DNA of 64,000 nucleotides from Alphaproteobacteria bacterium (GTDB lineage: Bacteria; Pseudomonadota; Alphaproteobacteria; Bin95). Below are positions 41,113-52,439 of this stretch, piece after piece. Within the stretch, counting starts at the first letter, position 1. Every line of letters starts with the position of its first letter. The stretch is taken from the NCBI GenBank assembly GCA_963665325.3, contig OZ224045.1, forward strand, positions 640,001 to 704,000. The letters are read 5' to 3'. Below the pieces are notes generated by a model that saw only the letters and a program-made list of their open reading frames with translations, was not told the origin of the DNA and ran no database searches. A program made the position numbers and the translations under genes.

Positions 41113-43805
41113 TCTTGCTCTCCTGCGCCGTTCCCGGCATCCGCGTCGCTTTCGGGCGCCCGATCCTCGTCATCCGCCTCGTCGTCCTCGTCGGCATCGG
41201 CAAGATGCGACACCTGGACGACCCGCGCGCCCTCAGGAATGTTGAAAAGGCGCACGCCTCTCGTCGGCCGACGCGCTTTCCGGATATCGGTTACGGGGCA
41301 GCGGATCAACTGGCCGCCGTCGGTCATCAGCAGAAGCTGATCCGTGTCCTCGACCGGGAAGGCGGCGACAACCTCGACCTCCTCGCCGCTGCGGGTCATC
41401 AGCTCGACGCCCTGCCCGCCCCGGCTTGTCACGCGGTAGTCGTAGGCGGAGGTGCGCTTGCCGTAGCCGTCCGAGGCGACCGACAGGATCATCTGCTCGT
41501 GTTCCTCGAGTTCGGCCGTGCGGATCATGTCCCCGATGCCGTGCTGGCTGAGATAGGTATCCCGCTCCTCGGTGCTGTCGATCATGAACCCATCGACGAC
41601 GCTCATGGAGATGACGCGGTCGTCCTCGCGTAGCGAGATGCCGCGCACGCCCGTCGATGCGCGGCTCACAAATTCCCGGACGCCCTCTGCCGGGAAGCGC
41701 AGCGCCTTGCCCTGCCGGGTCGCCAGCAGGATATGGTCGCCCGGCCCGCACGGCTTCACCCCCACCAGCACATCGCCCTCGTCCAGCTTCATCGCGATCT
41801 TGCCGCGGCGGGGAATGTTGATGAAATCCGCGAGCGTGTTGCGCCGCACATTGCCGCTCTCGGTCGCGAACATGACCGAAAGCCCGCGCCAGCTCTCCTC
41901 GTCGTCCGGCATCGCCATCACGGCGGTGATGCGGTCGCCCGCCGGCAGGGCCTCGATGACCTGCTGCATCTTGACACCGCGCCCCTGCGGCCCCGTGCGC
42001 GGCAGGCGGTGGACCTTGAGCTTGTAAACGATGCCCGAGGCCGAGAAGAACAGCAGCGGCGTGTGCGTGTGTGCGATGATGACCTGCGAGACCGCGTCCT
42101 CATAGCGGTTCGACATGCCCGAGCGCCCCTTGCCGCCGCGCCTCTGGGCCCGGTAGGTGGAGAGCTGCACGCGCCGGATATTGCCGCCCTGACTCACCGT
42201 CACGACCATGTCCTCGCGCTGGATCAGGTCTTCTTCGTCAGGGTCGATCTCGGCATCGGTCAAGGTCGACCGACGCTTGTCCGCAAAACGGTCCCGGACG
42301 CTCTGCAACTCGTCGCGGATCAGAGCGAGCAGCTTCTCCCGCGAACCCAAGATTTCCAGATAGCCCCGGATTCGCTCCGCCACCTCCTCCAGTTCCTCGG
42401 CGATCTTCTGCCGCTCGAGGCCGGTGAGCCGGTGCAGCCGCAGGTCGAGAATGGCGCGCGCCTGCGCATCGCTCAACCGGTAGCCGCCGTCCTCGAGTGC
42501 GCCTCCGGTCGTGCCGAGAAGAGCCAGTAACGGTTCCGTATCCGCTGCCGGCCATGCGCGCGCCAGCAGGTTGGCGCGCGCTTCGGCGGGATCGCCCGCC
42601 TGCCGGATGACGCGGATGATCTCGTCGATATTGGCGACCGCTACCGCAAGGCCGACCAGCACATGCGCGCGCTCCCGCGCTTTGCCGAGATCGTGGCGGG
42701 TACGCCTTGCGACCACCTCCTCGCGGAAGGCGACGAAGGCGCGGATGATGCGGTCCAGCGACAGCGTCTCGGGCCGCCCGCCGTCCAGCGCCAGCATGTT
42801 GATGCCGAAGCTGACCTGGAGTTGCGTGTGCCGGTAGAGCTGGTTCAGCAGCACGCGGTGCTCGACCCCCGGCTTGAGTTCGATGACGATGCGGATGCCG
42901 CGCCGGTCGCTCTCGTCGCGCAGCGCCTGGATGCCCTCGATCAGCTTGAGGTTCACGACCTCGCTGATGCGCTCGGTCATCCGCGCCTTGTTGACCTGGT
43001 AAGGCACCTCCGTGACGATGATCGCCTCGCGACCGTGCGGGCGCTCCTCGATCTCGGTGCGGGCGCGGAGAATGACCGTGCCGCGCCCGGTGAGATAGGC
43101 CTGCCTGATGCCTTCCCGGCCGAGCAGCACGCCTCCGGTCGGGAAGTCCGGCCCCGGCACATATTCCATCAGTTCTTCGACGGTGATCGCCGGGTTGTCG
43201 AGATAGGCGAAGCAGGCGTCGATCACCTCGCCCAGATTGTGGGTCGGGATGTTGGTGGCCATGCCGACGGCGATGCCGCCCGCTCCGTTGACCAGCAGGT
43301 TCGGGTACTGCGCCGGCAGCACGACGGGTTCCTGCTCGCTGTCGTCGTAGTTCGCCTGGAAATCGACCGTATCCTTGTCGATATCGGTCAGCAGCGCTTC
43401 CGCCGCCCGCGCCAGCCGCGCCTCGGTGTAGCGCATCGCTGCCGGGGGGTCGTTGTCCATCGAGCCGAAATTGCCCTGCCCCGCGACCAGCGGCAGGCGC
43501 ATGGAGAACGGCTGCGCCATCCTCACCATGGCGTCGTAGATCGCGCTGTCGCCGTGCGGGTGGAACTTGCCCATCACGTCGCCGACGATACGCGCCGACT
43601 TGCGGAAGGGCTGGTTCCAGCCGTAGCCGCCCTCGCGCATGGCGTAGAGGATGCGCCGGTGGACCGGCTTCAGCCCGTCGCGCACGTCCGGCAGCGCGCG
43701 CGCCACGATCACGCTCATCGCGTAATCGAGGTACGAGCGGCGCATCTCGTCTTCGAGCGCTACCGGCGCGATGTCATCCGGCTCAATGAGTGTCGTGTCG
43801 TTCAC
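41109..43805 (-). CDS. gyrA: DNA gyrase subunit A
   Basis: [37 protein letters not shown], GyrA-box QRRGGKG. Confidence 0.98.
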   Translation of the reverse strand: MNDTTLIEPDDIAPVALEDEMRRSYLDYAMSVIVARALPDVRDGLKPVHRRILYAMREGGYGWNQPFRKSARIVGDVMGKFHPHGDSAIYDAMVRMAQPFSMRLPLVAGQGNFGSMDNDPPAAMRYTEARLARAAEALLTDIDKDTVDFQANYDDSEQEPVVLPAQYPNLLVNGAGGIAVGMATNIPTHNLGEVIDACFAYLDNPAITVEELMEYVPGPDFPTGGVLLGREGIRQAYLTGRGTVILRARTEIEERPHGREAIIVTEVPYQVNKARMTERISEVVNLKLIEGIQALRDESDRRGIRIVIELKPGVEHRVLLNQLYRHTQLQVSFGINMLALDGGRPETLSLDRIIRAFVAFREEVVARRTRHDLGKARERAHVLVGLAVAVANIDEIIRVIRQAGDPAEARANLLARAWPAADTEPLLALLGTTGGALEDGGYRLSDAQARAILDLRLHRLTGLERQKIAEELEEVAERIRGYLEILGSREKLLALIRDELQSVRDRFADKRRSTLTDAEIDPDEEDLIQREDMVVTVSQGGNIRRVQLSTYRAQRRGGKGRSGMSNRYEDAVSQVIIAHTHTPLLFFSASGIVYKLKVHRLPRTGPQGRGVKMQQVIEALPAGDRITAVMAMPDDEESWRGLSVMFATESGNVRRNTLADFINIPRRGKIAMKLDEGDVLVGVKPCGPGDHILLATRQGKALRFPAEGVREFVSRASTGVRGISLREDDRVISMSVVDGFMIDSTEERDTYLSQHGIGDMIRTAELEEHEQMILSVASDGYGKRTSAYDYRVTSRGGQGVELMTRSGEEVEVVAAFPVEDTDQLLLMTDGGQLIRCPVTDIRKARRPTRGVRLFNIPEGARVVQVSHLADADEDDEADDEDRAPESDADAGNGAGEQE

Positions 43806-43878
43806 GGTCTGCTAGCTGTCCGCGGAAGACGCGCCGGCTGTCCGCCGGCCCGGTCCGCATTGTGGAAATGGCGATTCA

Positions 43879-44358
43879 TCAGAACGGGATATCGTCGTCC
43901 AGGTCCTGACCCATGGGCGGAGCCGGAGCCGCCGACCTGCCGCCGCCCATCCCCCGGTCTTCATAGCCGCCGCCGTAATCCGCGCTCCGGCTCCCCGAAT
44001 CGCCGTCGCCTGCCCTGTCGAGCATCTGCAGTTCGCCGCGAAAACGCTGCAAGACCACTTCGGTCGAATAGCGGTCCTGCCCGGACTGGTCCTGCCATTT
44101 GCGCGTCTGCAGGCTGCCCTCGACATAGACCTTCGATCCCTTGCGGAGATATTGCTCGGCGATTTCCGCCACTCGCCCGAAAATGACCACCCGGTGCCAT
44201 TCCGTGCGTTCGCGCCGTTCGCCGGACTGCCGGTCGTTCCAGCTTTCCGAGGTTGCAACGGACAGATTTGCAATCTTGTCGCCGGACTGCATAGTCCGAA
44301 TCTCGGGGTCGCGGCCCAGATTTCCGACCAGAATCACCTTGTTGACGCTGCCTGCCAT
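43879..44358 (-). CDS. ssb: Single-stranded DNA-binding protein
   Basis: [23 protein letters not shown]-terminal DDDIPF. Confidence 0.98.
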   Translation of the reverse strand: MAGSVNKVILVGNLGRDPEIRTMQSGDKIANLSVATSESWNDRQSGERRERTEWHRVVIFGRVAEIAEQYLRKGSKVYVEGSLQTRKWQDQSGQDRYSTEVVLQRFRGELQMLDRAGDGDSGSRSADYGGGYEDRGMGGGRSAAPAPPMGQDLDDDIPF

Positions 44359-44444
44359 ACCGCCGTGTCCTTACACCCGATTCGCCCCCGGAACATACAC
44401 CCCGCAGACCGCCAAAGCGACCGGCCGAGGACCGCCGCCCTGTG

Positions 44445-44459
44445 GAACGAATGGGTAAC
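44445..44459. promoter_or_regulatory. Candidate alphaproteobacterial LexA box upstream of ssb
   Basis: GAAC-N7-TAAC, one mismatch to the GAAC-N7-GAAC consensus. Confidence 0.35.
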
Positions 44460-44539
44460 TTCGTCCCCCCGTCCCGCCGCTGGCAGCACCCCTTGCCGAA
44501 GGCGGCGGATAGGTCCCCGCGCCATACGTCCCACATGGA

Positions 44540-45035
44540 GTGTCATGAAGTGTCATGTTTTGTCATGCGGCCCGCCGGAAATGTCATGTTTTGTCATGGT
44601 CCGCCGCGCCTCCGGTCCCGTTGCTGCCCGTCCGTATCCCGCATGCGGTTCCTCCATCGCGTTTCGTTCCAGTCCGTTCCCGCCGCCCGCGCCGAACGCG
44701 GCGAACATTGCGGATGGCGGCGTTGACGCCGCCGGCAGATGACGGCGTTGACGCCGCCGCCGGCTCGCCCGCCTGGCGGGACCCTGTTTCGCGCGTATCG
44801 CGTCCGCCCGCGCCCGCCCGTCAGCGCGCGTTAGCGCCGGCGCGGCTCGCGCGCCTGATTGCGCGCGCGGGACGGAGGGCGCACTTCGCCTGTGCGTCGA
44901 ATCGGGGTCGTTCTGCGCCGGGCCGGCGCGAAGGGAAGCGATCCGCGCGGACGCCGCTCCCTCGGACCCATCTTAGCATAATTTCCTGAGGGTCAAGCTC
45001 GTTTTAGAATTATTTCAAATTTAATTGGAACAAAC
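44540..45035 (-). repeat. Dispersed non-coding element, copy B
   Basis: TGTCATG at 44541, 44551, 44561, 44582 and 44592; GGCGGGACCCTGTTTCGCGCGTATCGCG (44775-44802) identical to copy A; AT-rich head with TTGACC on the minus strand. Confidence 0.85.
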
Positions 45036-45069
45036 CGCTTCTTTCGGACTGCCGCGAGGCCGGAGCGCT

Positions 45070-46077
45070 TCAACGAAGCTGCGGCAATACCTCTGCGGCC
45101 AGGCGCGCGTTGCCGTCGGCGACCTCCACGGGATCTGCGTCCGACGAGAAGGTGACGAAAACAAGCCGGTCCAGCCCGAGTTCAATGAGCGGGCCGAGCC
45201 GGTCCACGCAATAGCCGGACGGTCCCGCAACCGCGAAGCGCTCTATGAAATCCTCGTCCACGACCGAAATGTGGCCGGCCGCGATTCGCGCGTGGTTGGG
45301 CATGTCGTAGTTGGCGCCGATATATTCGAAGATGGCGCGGTCCTTCAGACCCTCGGAATTCGCTCCGGACATGCCCGTAAAATGCGCAAAAGTGCCCACG
45401 CTTCCGCTGATTATGTGGCGCGCCCGGGCCGCATCGGGATTCGCGGTGCAGTTGATGTAGGCGCCGAAGGAAAGCTCCTCGGGGTCCAGGCCCGCGTTCT
45501 CCCGGGCGGCGCGCGCCGTTTGCATCGCGCCGGCGATCCGGTCCGGGTCGGCGCCCACGGCGAAGGTGATCCGCTCGGCATGGACCGCGGCTACCGAGAT
45601 GACCCTGGGCCCCGTTGCCGCAACGTCCACGGGGACCTTGGGCTGCCCCGTGCCGGCGATCCAGTTGTTGCGGCTTTCATAGCCGTCGATATCCACCGCT
45701 TCGCCCCGCAGATAATGCTGCACATCGCGCAGATACCGCTCGAACACCCCGACCGGGGCCGGCTGCCGACCGATATAGCCGAGCGCGGAGTCGCCGCGAC
45801 CCATCCCAAGCACGGCGCGTCCGCCGGACTCGACCTGCACGGTCACAATGGCGGAGGCGGTGACCGCCGGGTGGCGCGTGACCGGATTGGTGACACCGGG
45901 GCCGAGCATGAGCCGGTCGGTCGCGGACGCGGCAAGCGCAAGGGCGCTGTAAACGTCGCCGCTCAGGTTCTGCGTATCGGGAAAGCCCAGACCGTCCCAG
46001 CCGGCCGCCTCCGCATTGCGGGCCGTCTCCGCGGCCGTCCCGGGGACAGGAAACGCGAGATACGAAAACTCAGCCAT
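45070..46077 (-). CDS. LLM class (luciferase-like) flavin/F420-dependent oxidoreductase
   Basis: AEAAGWD, DTQNL, GPGVTNPVTRHPAVTA, GRAVLGMGRGDS, VAATGPR. Confidence 0.9.
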   Translation of the reverse strand: MAEFSYLAFPVPGTAAETARNAEAAGWDGLGFPDTQNLSGDVYSALALAASATDRLMLGPGVTNPVTRHPAVTASAIVTVQVESGGRAVLGMGRGDSALGYIGRQPAPVGVFERYLRDVQHYLRGEAVDIDGYESRNNWIAGTGQPKVPVDVAATGPRVISVAAVHAERITFAVGADPDRIAGAMQTARAARENAGLDPEELSFGAYINCTANPDAARARHIISGSVGTFAHFTGMSGANSEGLKDRAIFEYIGANYDMPNHARIAAGHISVVDEDFIERFAVAGPSGYCVDRLGPLIELGLDRLVFVTFSSDADPVEVADGNARLAAEVLPQLR

Positions 46078-46175
46078 GGCGGCGCTCCCGATAGCGGTCA
46101 ACCCGCTGGTAAATTTCAGTCGGATGCCTGTTGTAACCCGAATTCGACCCGTTGTGTGCCGGACAATCCGTCCGT

Positions 46176-46559
46176 TCAGGCTTCGGCGACCGGCCATTGC
46201 GGCGGCATGAACCCGCTGCCGTCATGAGCGCACCAGCTGTCGCTGGTCGCGAGGATCAGCTTCATCCGTTCCCTGCGCGCCGCCTCGAGCCGGTCGTGCA
46301 GCGCCCTGGAGCCGGCGAATGTTGGCGAATTGGTGCGGGTCGCCGCGCGATGCGCCTTGTCCACATAGGCGATTACCAGCCACACCATGTCGCACGCCCC
46401 GGACACCTCCGGATTGGGTTCCGGCTCCTCGGCGAGATAGAAGCCGAGGATGCGCGCGCCGAGCTGCGCCATCGGCGGCCAGACGCCTTCCCTGGAGAGG
46501 CGGCGAAACTCCTGCCAGGACCCCTTCTCGATCCAGAACCGGTGAACCATCACATGCAT
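46176..46559 (-). CDS. NIPSNAP-like dimeric alpha/beta barrel protein
   Basis: GGAGG RBS; F-x-I-x2-G-x-W-x-EF...VWP...LGARILGFY...WLVIAY-x-D. Confidence 0.6.
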   Translation of the reverse strand: MHVMVHRFWIEKGSWQEFRRLSREGVWPPMAQLGARILGFYLAEEPEPNPEVSGACDMVWLVIAYVDKAHRAATRTNSPTFAGSRALHDRLEAARRERMKLILATSDSWCAHDGSGFMPPQWPVAEA

Positions 46560-46665
46560 GTCGTCCTCCGTCCGGCGCACCCCCGTCCCGGCCTGCCGCC
46601 GAATTGCGGCGGAACCGCGCCATGGCTTCTAAGCCGGGGCCGTTCGGCCTAAAATCCCGCCTATC

Positions 46666-49524
46666 ATGACAGGCGCGTCCCAGCCCCGCCGGATCGTCGT
46701 TCGCGGCGCCCGGGAGCACAACCTGAAATCCGTCGATGTGTCGCTGCCGCGCGGCAGGCTGATCGTCGTCACCGGGCTTTCCGGTTCCGGCAAGTCGTCG
46801 CTCGCCTTCGATACCATCTACGCCGAGGGCCAGCGCCGCTATGTGGAGAGCCTCTCCGCCTATGCGCGGCAGTTCCTGGAGCTGATGCGCAAGCCCGATG
46901 TCGATTCGATAGAGGGCCTGTCGCCGGCAATCTCCATCGAGCAGAAGACAACCTCGCGCAATCCGCGCTCCACCGTCGCCACCGTCACCGAGATCTACGA
47001 CTATATGCGCCTGCTCTGGGCCAGGGTCGGCATCCCCTATTCGCCGGCGACCGGCCTGCCGATCGAAAGCCAGAGCGTTTCCCAGATGGCGGACCGGATC
47101 GCGTCCCTTCCCGAAGGCTCACGCCTGCTGCTGATGGCGCCGGTCGTGCGCGGCCGCAAGGGGGAATACCGAAAGGAACTCCGGGACTACCAGCGGCGCG
47201 GTTTCCAGAGGGTCAAGATCGACGGCGAACTTTACGACATCGAGGAAGCGCCGGCACTCGGGAAGAACTTCAAGCACGACATTTCCATCGTCGTGGACCG
47301 GATCGCCGTCCGCCCCGATCTGGGCAACCGGCTGGCGGACAGCCTGGAGACGGCGCTCAACCTCGCCGACGGCCTGGCTTCCGTCGAGGACGTGCGGACG
47401 GGCGAGAGCATTCTCTTCTCGGCGCGCTTCGCGTGCCCCGTCTCGGGCTTCACCATCGAGGAGATCGAGCCCCGCCTCTTTTCCTTCAACAACCCGGCGG
47501 GCGCCTGCCCGGCCTGCGACGGCCTCGGCAGCCGGCGCTATGTGGACGAGTCGCTCGTGGTGCCGGACGAAGGGCTCAGCATGCGGCGCGGCGCCGTCGC
47601 ACCGTGGAAAAACACCACTGCGAAATACTACCAGCAGACCTTGAGGAGCCTGGCGCGCCACTACGATGTGGAGACCGACACGCCCTGGCGCGAACTGCCG
47701 CCGGAGGTGCGCCGCGCGGTGCTCTACGGCTCGGGGAACGAGCCGGTGACCATGGCCTACAATGACGGCCTGCGGAACTACAAGGTCACCAAGCCGTTCG
47801 AGGGCGTCATCCGCAACCTGGAACGGCGCCTCCGGGAAACCGACAGCGCCTGGGTGCGAGAGGAACTGTCGAAATACCTGGCCTCCCGGCCCTGCGAGAC
47901 ATGCGACGGCAAGCGGCTCCGGCCCGAAGCCCTCGCCGTCAGGATCGACAACCGCGACATTTCCGACATCGCCGCGCTTTCCATCGGCGAGGCCGGCCGC
48001 TGGTTCGCCCGGCTGGAAGACGCGCTGACGGCGAAGCAGCGCGAGATCGCCGACCGCATCCTGCGCGAAATCAACGACCGGCTGGGGTTCCTGAACGATG
48101 TCGGGCTCGAATACCTCTCCCTCGACCGGGCGTCCGGCACACTGTCCGGCGGGGAGAGCCAGCGCATCCGGCTTGCCTCGCAGATCGGCTCCGGCCTGAC
48201 TGGCGTACTCTATGTGCTCGACGAGCCCTCCATCGGCCTGCACCAGCGGGACAATGACCGGCTGCTGGCGACGCTCCGCCGCCTGCGCGACCTCGACAAT
48301 ACGGTCATCGTGGTCGAGCATGACGAGGAGGCGATCCGCAGCGCCGACTACCTGGTAGACATGGGCCCCGGCGCCGGCGTGCATGGCGGCCATGTCGTGG
48401 CCGAGGGCCTGCCCGAAGAAGTGGTCACACATGGAGACGGGCTGACGGCGCAGTATCTCACCGGGCGGCGGCGCATCGAGATTCCGCACTGGCGGCGGCC
48501 GGGCAACGGCCACAAGCTCACCGTCAGGGGCGCAAGCGGCCATAATCTCCAGGAAATCGATGCCGCCTTCCCGCTCGGCGTCTTCGCCTGCGTCACCGGC
48601 GTTTCCGGCGGCGGCAAGTCCACCCTGGTCGTCGAGACGCTCTACAAGGCGTTGGCCAGGCATCTTCATGGCGCGCGCGGCGCGGCCGCCCCGCATGACG
48701 GGATCGAGGGCGCCGATCTCGTGGACAAGGTCATCGACATCGACCAGTCGCCGATCGGGCGCACGCCGCGCTCGAACCCGGCCACCTATACCGGCGCGTT
48801 CACGCCGATACGGGACTGGTTCACCGGCCTGCCGGAAGCAAAAGCGCGCGGCTACAAGGCCGGACGATTCTCCTTCAACGTCAAGGGCGGGCGCTGCGAA
48901 ACCTGCCAGGGCGACGGCGTCATCAAGATCGAGATGCACTTCCTGCCGGACGTCTATGTCGAGTGCGAGACATGCAGAGGCCGGCGGTACAACCGTGAGA
49001 CGCTGGAGGTGCGCTTCCGTGGCCGGTCCATCGCCGATGTGCTGGACCTCACGGTCGAGGAAGGCGTCGAGATCTTCCGGGCGGTGCCGGCGGTTTACAA
49101 CAAGCTCGAGACGCTGCGCCGGGTCGGCCTCGGCTACATCAAGATCGGCCAGCAGGCGACCACGCTTTCCGGCGGCGAAGCGCAGCGCGTCAAGCTGGCC
49201 AAGGAGCTCTCCCGGCGCTCGACCGGACGCACACTCTACATTCTTGACGAACCGACCACCGGCCTGCATTTCGAGGATGTGCGCAAGCTGCTGGAAGTGC
49301 TGCACGCGCTCGTGGACGCCGGCAACACGGTGATCGTCATCGAACACAATCTGGAAGTCATCAAGACGGCGGACTGGATCGTCGATCTAGGCCCCGAGGG
49401 CGGCGCCGGCGGCGGGCGCATCGTCGCCGCCGGCACGCCGGAAGATGTGGCCGACGCGACAGAGAGCCACACCGCGCGCTACCTCGCCGCCTCCCTCGGC
49501 CGGGCGGAGCGGCTGGCGGGATAG
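46666..49524 (+). CDS. uvrA: Excinuclease ABC subunit A
   Basis: [23 protein letters not shown], two ABC signatures ([16 protein letters not shown]), zinc fingers. Confidence 0.99.
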   Translation: MTGASQPRRIVVRGAREHNLKSVDVSLPRGRLIVVTGLSGSGKSSLAFDTIYAEGQRRYVESLSAYARQFLELMRKPDVDSIEGLSPAISIEQKTTSRNPRSTVATVTEIYDYMRLLWARVGIPYSPATGLPIESQSVSQMADRIASLPEGSRLLLMAPVVRGRKGEYRKELRDYQRRGFQRVKIDGELYDIEEAPALGKNFKHDISIVVDRIAVRPDLGNRLADSLETALNLADGLASVEDVRTGESILFSARFACPVSGFTIEEIEPRLFSFNNPAGACPACDGLGSRRYVDESLVVPDEGLSMRRGAVAPWKNTTAKYYQQTLRSLARHYDVETDTPWRELPPEVRRAVLYGSGNEPVTMAYNDGLRNYKVTKPFEGVIRNLERRLRETDSAWVREELSKYLASRPCETCDGKRLRPEALAVRIDNRDISDIAALSIGEAGRWFARLEDALTAKQREIADRILREINDRLGFLNDVGLEYLSLDRASGTLSGGESQRIRLASQIGSGLTGVLYVLDEPSIGLHQRDNDRLLATLRRLRDLDNTVIVVEHDEEAIRSADYLVDMGPGAGVHGGHVVAEGLPEEVVTHGDGLTAQYLTGRRRIEIPHWRRPGNGHKLTVRGASGHNLQEIDAAFPLGVFACVTGVSGGGKSTLVVETLYKALARHLHGARGAAAPHDGIEGADLVDKVIDIDQSPIGRTPRSNPATYTGAFTPIRDWFTGLPEAKARGYKAGRFSFNVKGGRCETCQGDGVIKIEMHFLPDVYVECETCRGRRYNRETLEVRFRGRSIADVLDLTVEEGVEIFRAVPAVYNKLETLRRVGLGYIKIGQQATTLSGGEAQRVKLAKELSRRSTGRTLYILDEPTTGLHFEDVRKLLEVLHALVDAGNTVIVIEHNLEVIKTADWIVDLGPEGGAGGGRIVAAGTPEDVADATESHTARYLAASLGRAERLAG

Positions 49525-49527
49525 CGG

Positions 49528-50280
49528 TCAGCGGCGCAGCGCCACCAACGACAATTGGCGACCGTAGTCGGGTTCGCCCTTCAGGCAGGCGCGGCGGTAG
49601 CTGAAGAAGCGTTCGGCCTCGGCGCAGGTGTCCGCATCGGCAACCGACACCGCCGCCAGTCCCGCCCGCTCCAGCCGCGCCGCGACATATCCCGCGAGGT
49701 CGAAACGGGAATGGCCGGCGCGCTCGGCCGCGACGAACCAGCGCCCGTTGTCCGGGTCCGCCGCTTCGAACTCAACGCGGAATTCCGGGCCCACCTCGTA
49801 GGATGCCTGCCCGATGCAGGGGCCGACAGCGGCGACCGTCCGGCCTGCCCGCGCGCCGAGCCGCTCCATCCGCTCCAGCACCGCTTCGGCGATGCCGGCG
49901 AGGGCGCCCCGCCAACCGGCATGGGCGGCCCCGACCACGCCCGCCTCAGCGTCCGCAAACAGCACGGGCGCGCAATCCGCCGCCAATATGCCGAGCGCGA
50001 GGCCCGGACGGTCGGTCGCCATGCCGTCCGCCCTGAGCCCCTTCGGCGGCTCGGTCAGGGTCGCGGCCTCGGCGCCGTGGACCTGGTAGAGCGTCGCCAG
50101 ACGGTCCGCACCGACCGCGGCCAGCGCACGGCGCCGGTTTTCGCTCACCGCATCCCGGTCGTCGCCGGAGCCGAAACCGCAGTTGAGGCCGGCATAGAGG
50201 CCCGTGCTGACGCCTCCCTTGCGTCCCAGAAAGGCGTGGGCAACGCCGTCGACCCCCGATATTGCGTCCCCTTCCATCAT
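49528..50280 (-). CDS. pgeF: Peptidoglycan editing factor PgeF / YfiH
   Basis: QVHG, ADCAPVL, HAGWRG, GPCIG, FFSYRR. Confidence 0.93.
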   Translation of the reverse strand: MMEGDAISGVDGVAHAFLGRKGGVSTGLYAGLNCGFGSGDDRDAVSENRRRALAAVGADRLATLYQVHGAEAATLTEPPKGLRADGMATDRPGLALGILAADCAPVLFADAEAGVVGAAHAGWRGALAGIAEAVLERMERLGARAGRTVAAVGPCIGQASYEVGPEFRVEFEAADPDNGRWFVAAERAGHSRFDLAGYVAARLERAGLAAVSVADADTCAEAERFFSYRRACLKGEPDYGRQLSLVALRR

Positions 50281-51284
50281 CCCCCTTCCCCGTCGAGAAA
50301 CCCTGCGGGCGCCGCCGCGCCGGCCGGACCGAAGGCCAGCACCCGGAACAGCCTGCCCATCGCGTCCCCGCCTGTCAGCCGGGCCAGCGCGGCCTCCTGG
50401 CCGCCGAGCTGTGCGGCGCGGGCTTCGATGCCGAGGCGCTTCAGCCAATCGCCTTGCGGCACCGGCCCCCAGACTGCCGCGCCTGCCTCGCGTCCGGCGC
50501 GCGCCAGCGCCGCAAAATCCACATGCGCGCTCATATCCGCTTCGCCCGGCCGCGACAACGGATCGACCGGCGCGTGCGCGCTAACCGCCTGCACGGTCGG
50601 CTGGCGCGGCGGCTCGACATAGCCGTAATCGATGGCAATGCCGTAACCGGAGCGAGCGGCCAGCGTCGCGGCCATGCCGGTCGCGGCCGGGGAAACTTCC
50701 GCCATATCGCCGTCCTCGCCGCTTCCGGCACGGCGCAGCGCCGGACCCGCGACGAAGCGGAAGCCGCTGCCGTCGCAGTCCACCAGCCGCTCGTGCCAGC
50801 ATCCGTTCACTCTCAGGAACTGGCGGACCGGCAGGGCGTCGAAGAACTCGTTGGCAATCCAGATCGCCGGCCCTTCCGGAACGGTCTCGACCCTGTCGTG
50901 CCAGACGGCGTCGAAGCCGTGGGCCCGCTGCAGGGAACGAAGCGCCGGCGAGGGCTCGACCAGATGCACGTCGGGACGGAATGCCGGCTGCAGCCGCGCG
51001 GCGCGGAGCGCGTCGGCCATCAGCACGCCGCGACCCGGACCGAGCTCCACCAGCCGGACAACCGCCGGCCGCCCTAGCCGCTCCCAGGCATCCACGCACC
51101 AGAGCCCCACGATCTCGCCGAACATCTGGCTGATCTCGGGCGCCGTGATGAAGTCGCCGCCGCGCCCGAACGGATCGCGGCCGGCATAGTAGGCGGCGTT
51201 GTTCAGCGCCATATATTCAGCGAACGGCATGGGCCCGTCGCGCTCGATACGCCTGGCAAGGCGGATTGCCAGGCTGCCGCTCAC
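50277..51284 (-). CDS. SAM-dependent methyltransferase, MidA/NDUFAF7 family
   Basis: GDFITAPEISQMFGE, ELGPGRG, ANEFFDALP, IDYG, D-x-SAHVDF. Confidence 0.93.
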   Translation of the reverse strand: MSGSLAIRLARRIERDGPMPFAEYMALNNAAYYAGRDPFGRGGDFITAPEISQMFGEIVGLWCVDAWERLGRPAVVRLVELGPGRGVLMADALRAARLQPAFRPDVHLVEPSPALRSLQRAHGFDAVWHDRVETVPEGPAIWIANEFFDALPVRQFLRVNGCWHERLVDCDGSGFRFVAGPALRRAGSGEDGDMAEVSPAATGMAATLAARSGYGIAIDYGYVEPPRQPTVQAVSAHAPVDPLSRPGEADMSAHVDFAALARAGREAGAAVWGPVPQGDWLKRLGIEARAAQLGGQEAALARLTGGDAMGRLFRVLAFGPAGAAAPAGFLDGEGG

Positions 51285-52072
51285 TGACGGCGGACCAGCA
51301 GAAAGAGCCCGGCTGCGATCAACGGCAGGCAAAGCAGCTGCCCCATCGTGACCGGCCCCAGGATGAACCCCAGATGCGCATCCGGCTCGCGGAAGAACTC
51401 GGCAAAGGACCGCGCGAGCCCGTAACCGAGAAAGAAGGTGCCCGCCAGCAGGCCGGGCTTCGCGCGCACCCGTTCCCGCCACGCCAGCACCAGCATGACG
51501 AGGCCGAGAGCCAGGCCTTCCAGTGCCGCTTCGTAGAGCTGGCTCGGGTGTCGGGGCAACTGCGCCGGATCGGAGGGAAAGACCATCGCCCAGGAAACAT
51601 CGGACGCCCTGCCGTAGAGCTCGCCGTTCACGAAGTTTGCAAGCCGGCCGAGGAACAGTCCCAGGGGACAAACCGCAGCCACGATATCCCCGACACGCAG
51701 GAACGGCAGCTTGTGGCGCCGCGCGAAGAGGAAACTCACCAGCACGACGCCGGCCAGCCCGCCGTGGAACGACATGCCGCCCTGCCAGAGGAACAGCACC
51801 TCATCCGGGTTCAACAGGTAATAGCCGGGCTTGTAGAACAGGACATAGCCGAGCCGCCCCCCGGCCACCACGCCCAGCACCATCCAGGCGAGCAGATCGT
51901 CCACCCGGTCAGCGCGCATGAGATAGGGCGGCAGCACGGCGAGCCGGCGCGCAAGCCGCCATCCGACGATCAGGCCGACGAGATAGGCAAGCGCATACCA
52001 GCGTATCGCCAGCGGCCCGAGCTCGACCGCAACCGGGTCGATGACCGGGAACGGGACGACAGGAAGTATCAC
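51281..52072 (-). CDS. lgt: Prolipoprotein diacylglyceryl transferase
   Basis: IRWYALAY, GGRLGYVLFY, GGMSFHGG, GRLANFVNGELYGR, RHPSQLYE. Confidence 0.97.
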   Translation of the reverse strand: MILPVVPFPVIDPVAVELGPLAIRWYALAYLVGLIVGWRLARRLAVLPPYLMRADRVDDLLAWMVLGVVAGGRLGYVLFYKPGYYLLNPDEVLFLWQGGMSFHGGLAGVVLVSFLFARRHKLPFLRVGDIVAAVCPLGLFLGRLANFVNGELYGRASDVSWAMVFPSDPAQLPRHPSQLYEAALEGLALGLVMLVLAWRERVRAKPGLLAGTFFLGYGLARSFAEFFREPDAHLGFILGPVTMGQLLCLPLIAAGLFLLVRRQ

Positions 52073-52181
52073 GGCCGGGGGTTCGCCGGTTCCAACCGGC
52101 TGGCACGATCTCCCGTGACAAGCATCATTTCATGGCCCATCCTGTCGGCGCGGTCGAGAAGCTATGCCCGGAGTCGGACCC

Positions 52182-52439
52182 ATGCAAACCGGAAAGCGTG
52201 TTCTGGACGATCTGGCCCGCGTGGCCTCGGGGGCCGCCGGCGCGGCAGGCGCCGTGCGCGACGAGATGGAGTCGATGGTTCGCGACCGTATGCAGAGCCT
52301 GCTCGACTCGATGGACCTGGTGCGGCGCGAGGACTTCGAAGCCGTGCAGGAAATGGCGCAGAACGCGCGCATGGAGCAGGAACGGCTCGAAGCGCGCGTG
52401 GCCGCCCTGGAGGCCCGGCTGGCAGAAACCGGCAAGTGA
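52182..52439 (+). CDS. ubiK: Accessory factor UbiK (BMFP) family protein
   Basis: LDDLAR, DLVRREDFEAV, coiled-coil LEARVAALE; divergent from lgt. Confidence 0.85.
   Translation: MQTGKRVLDDLARVASGAAGAAGAVRDEMESMVRDRMQSLLDSMDLVRREDFEAVQEMAQNARMEQERLEARVAALEARLAETGK

Noticed and set aside
43520-43570. Quinolone-resistance substitution in GyrA
   Set aside because: The QRDR reads HGDSAIYD, the wild-type Ser/Asp pattern
44541-44598. TGTCAT repeats as Pho boxes
   Set aside because: The period is 10 bp rather than the 11 bp of PhoB boxes, and they lie inside a larger repeated element
47119-49347. Long antisense ORFs (47119-49347, 35785-37860, 12716-14701, 9880-11691, 58542-60932)
   Set aside because: Antisense shadows of real genes caused by high-GC codon bias; no recognisable motifs
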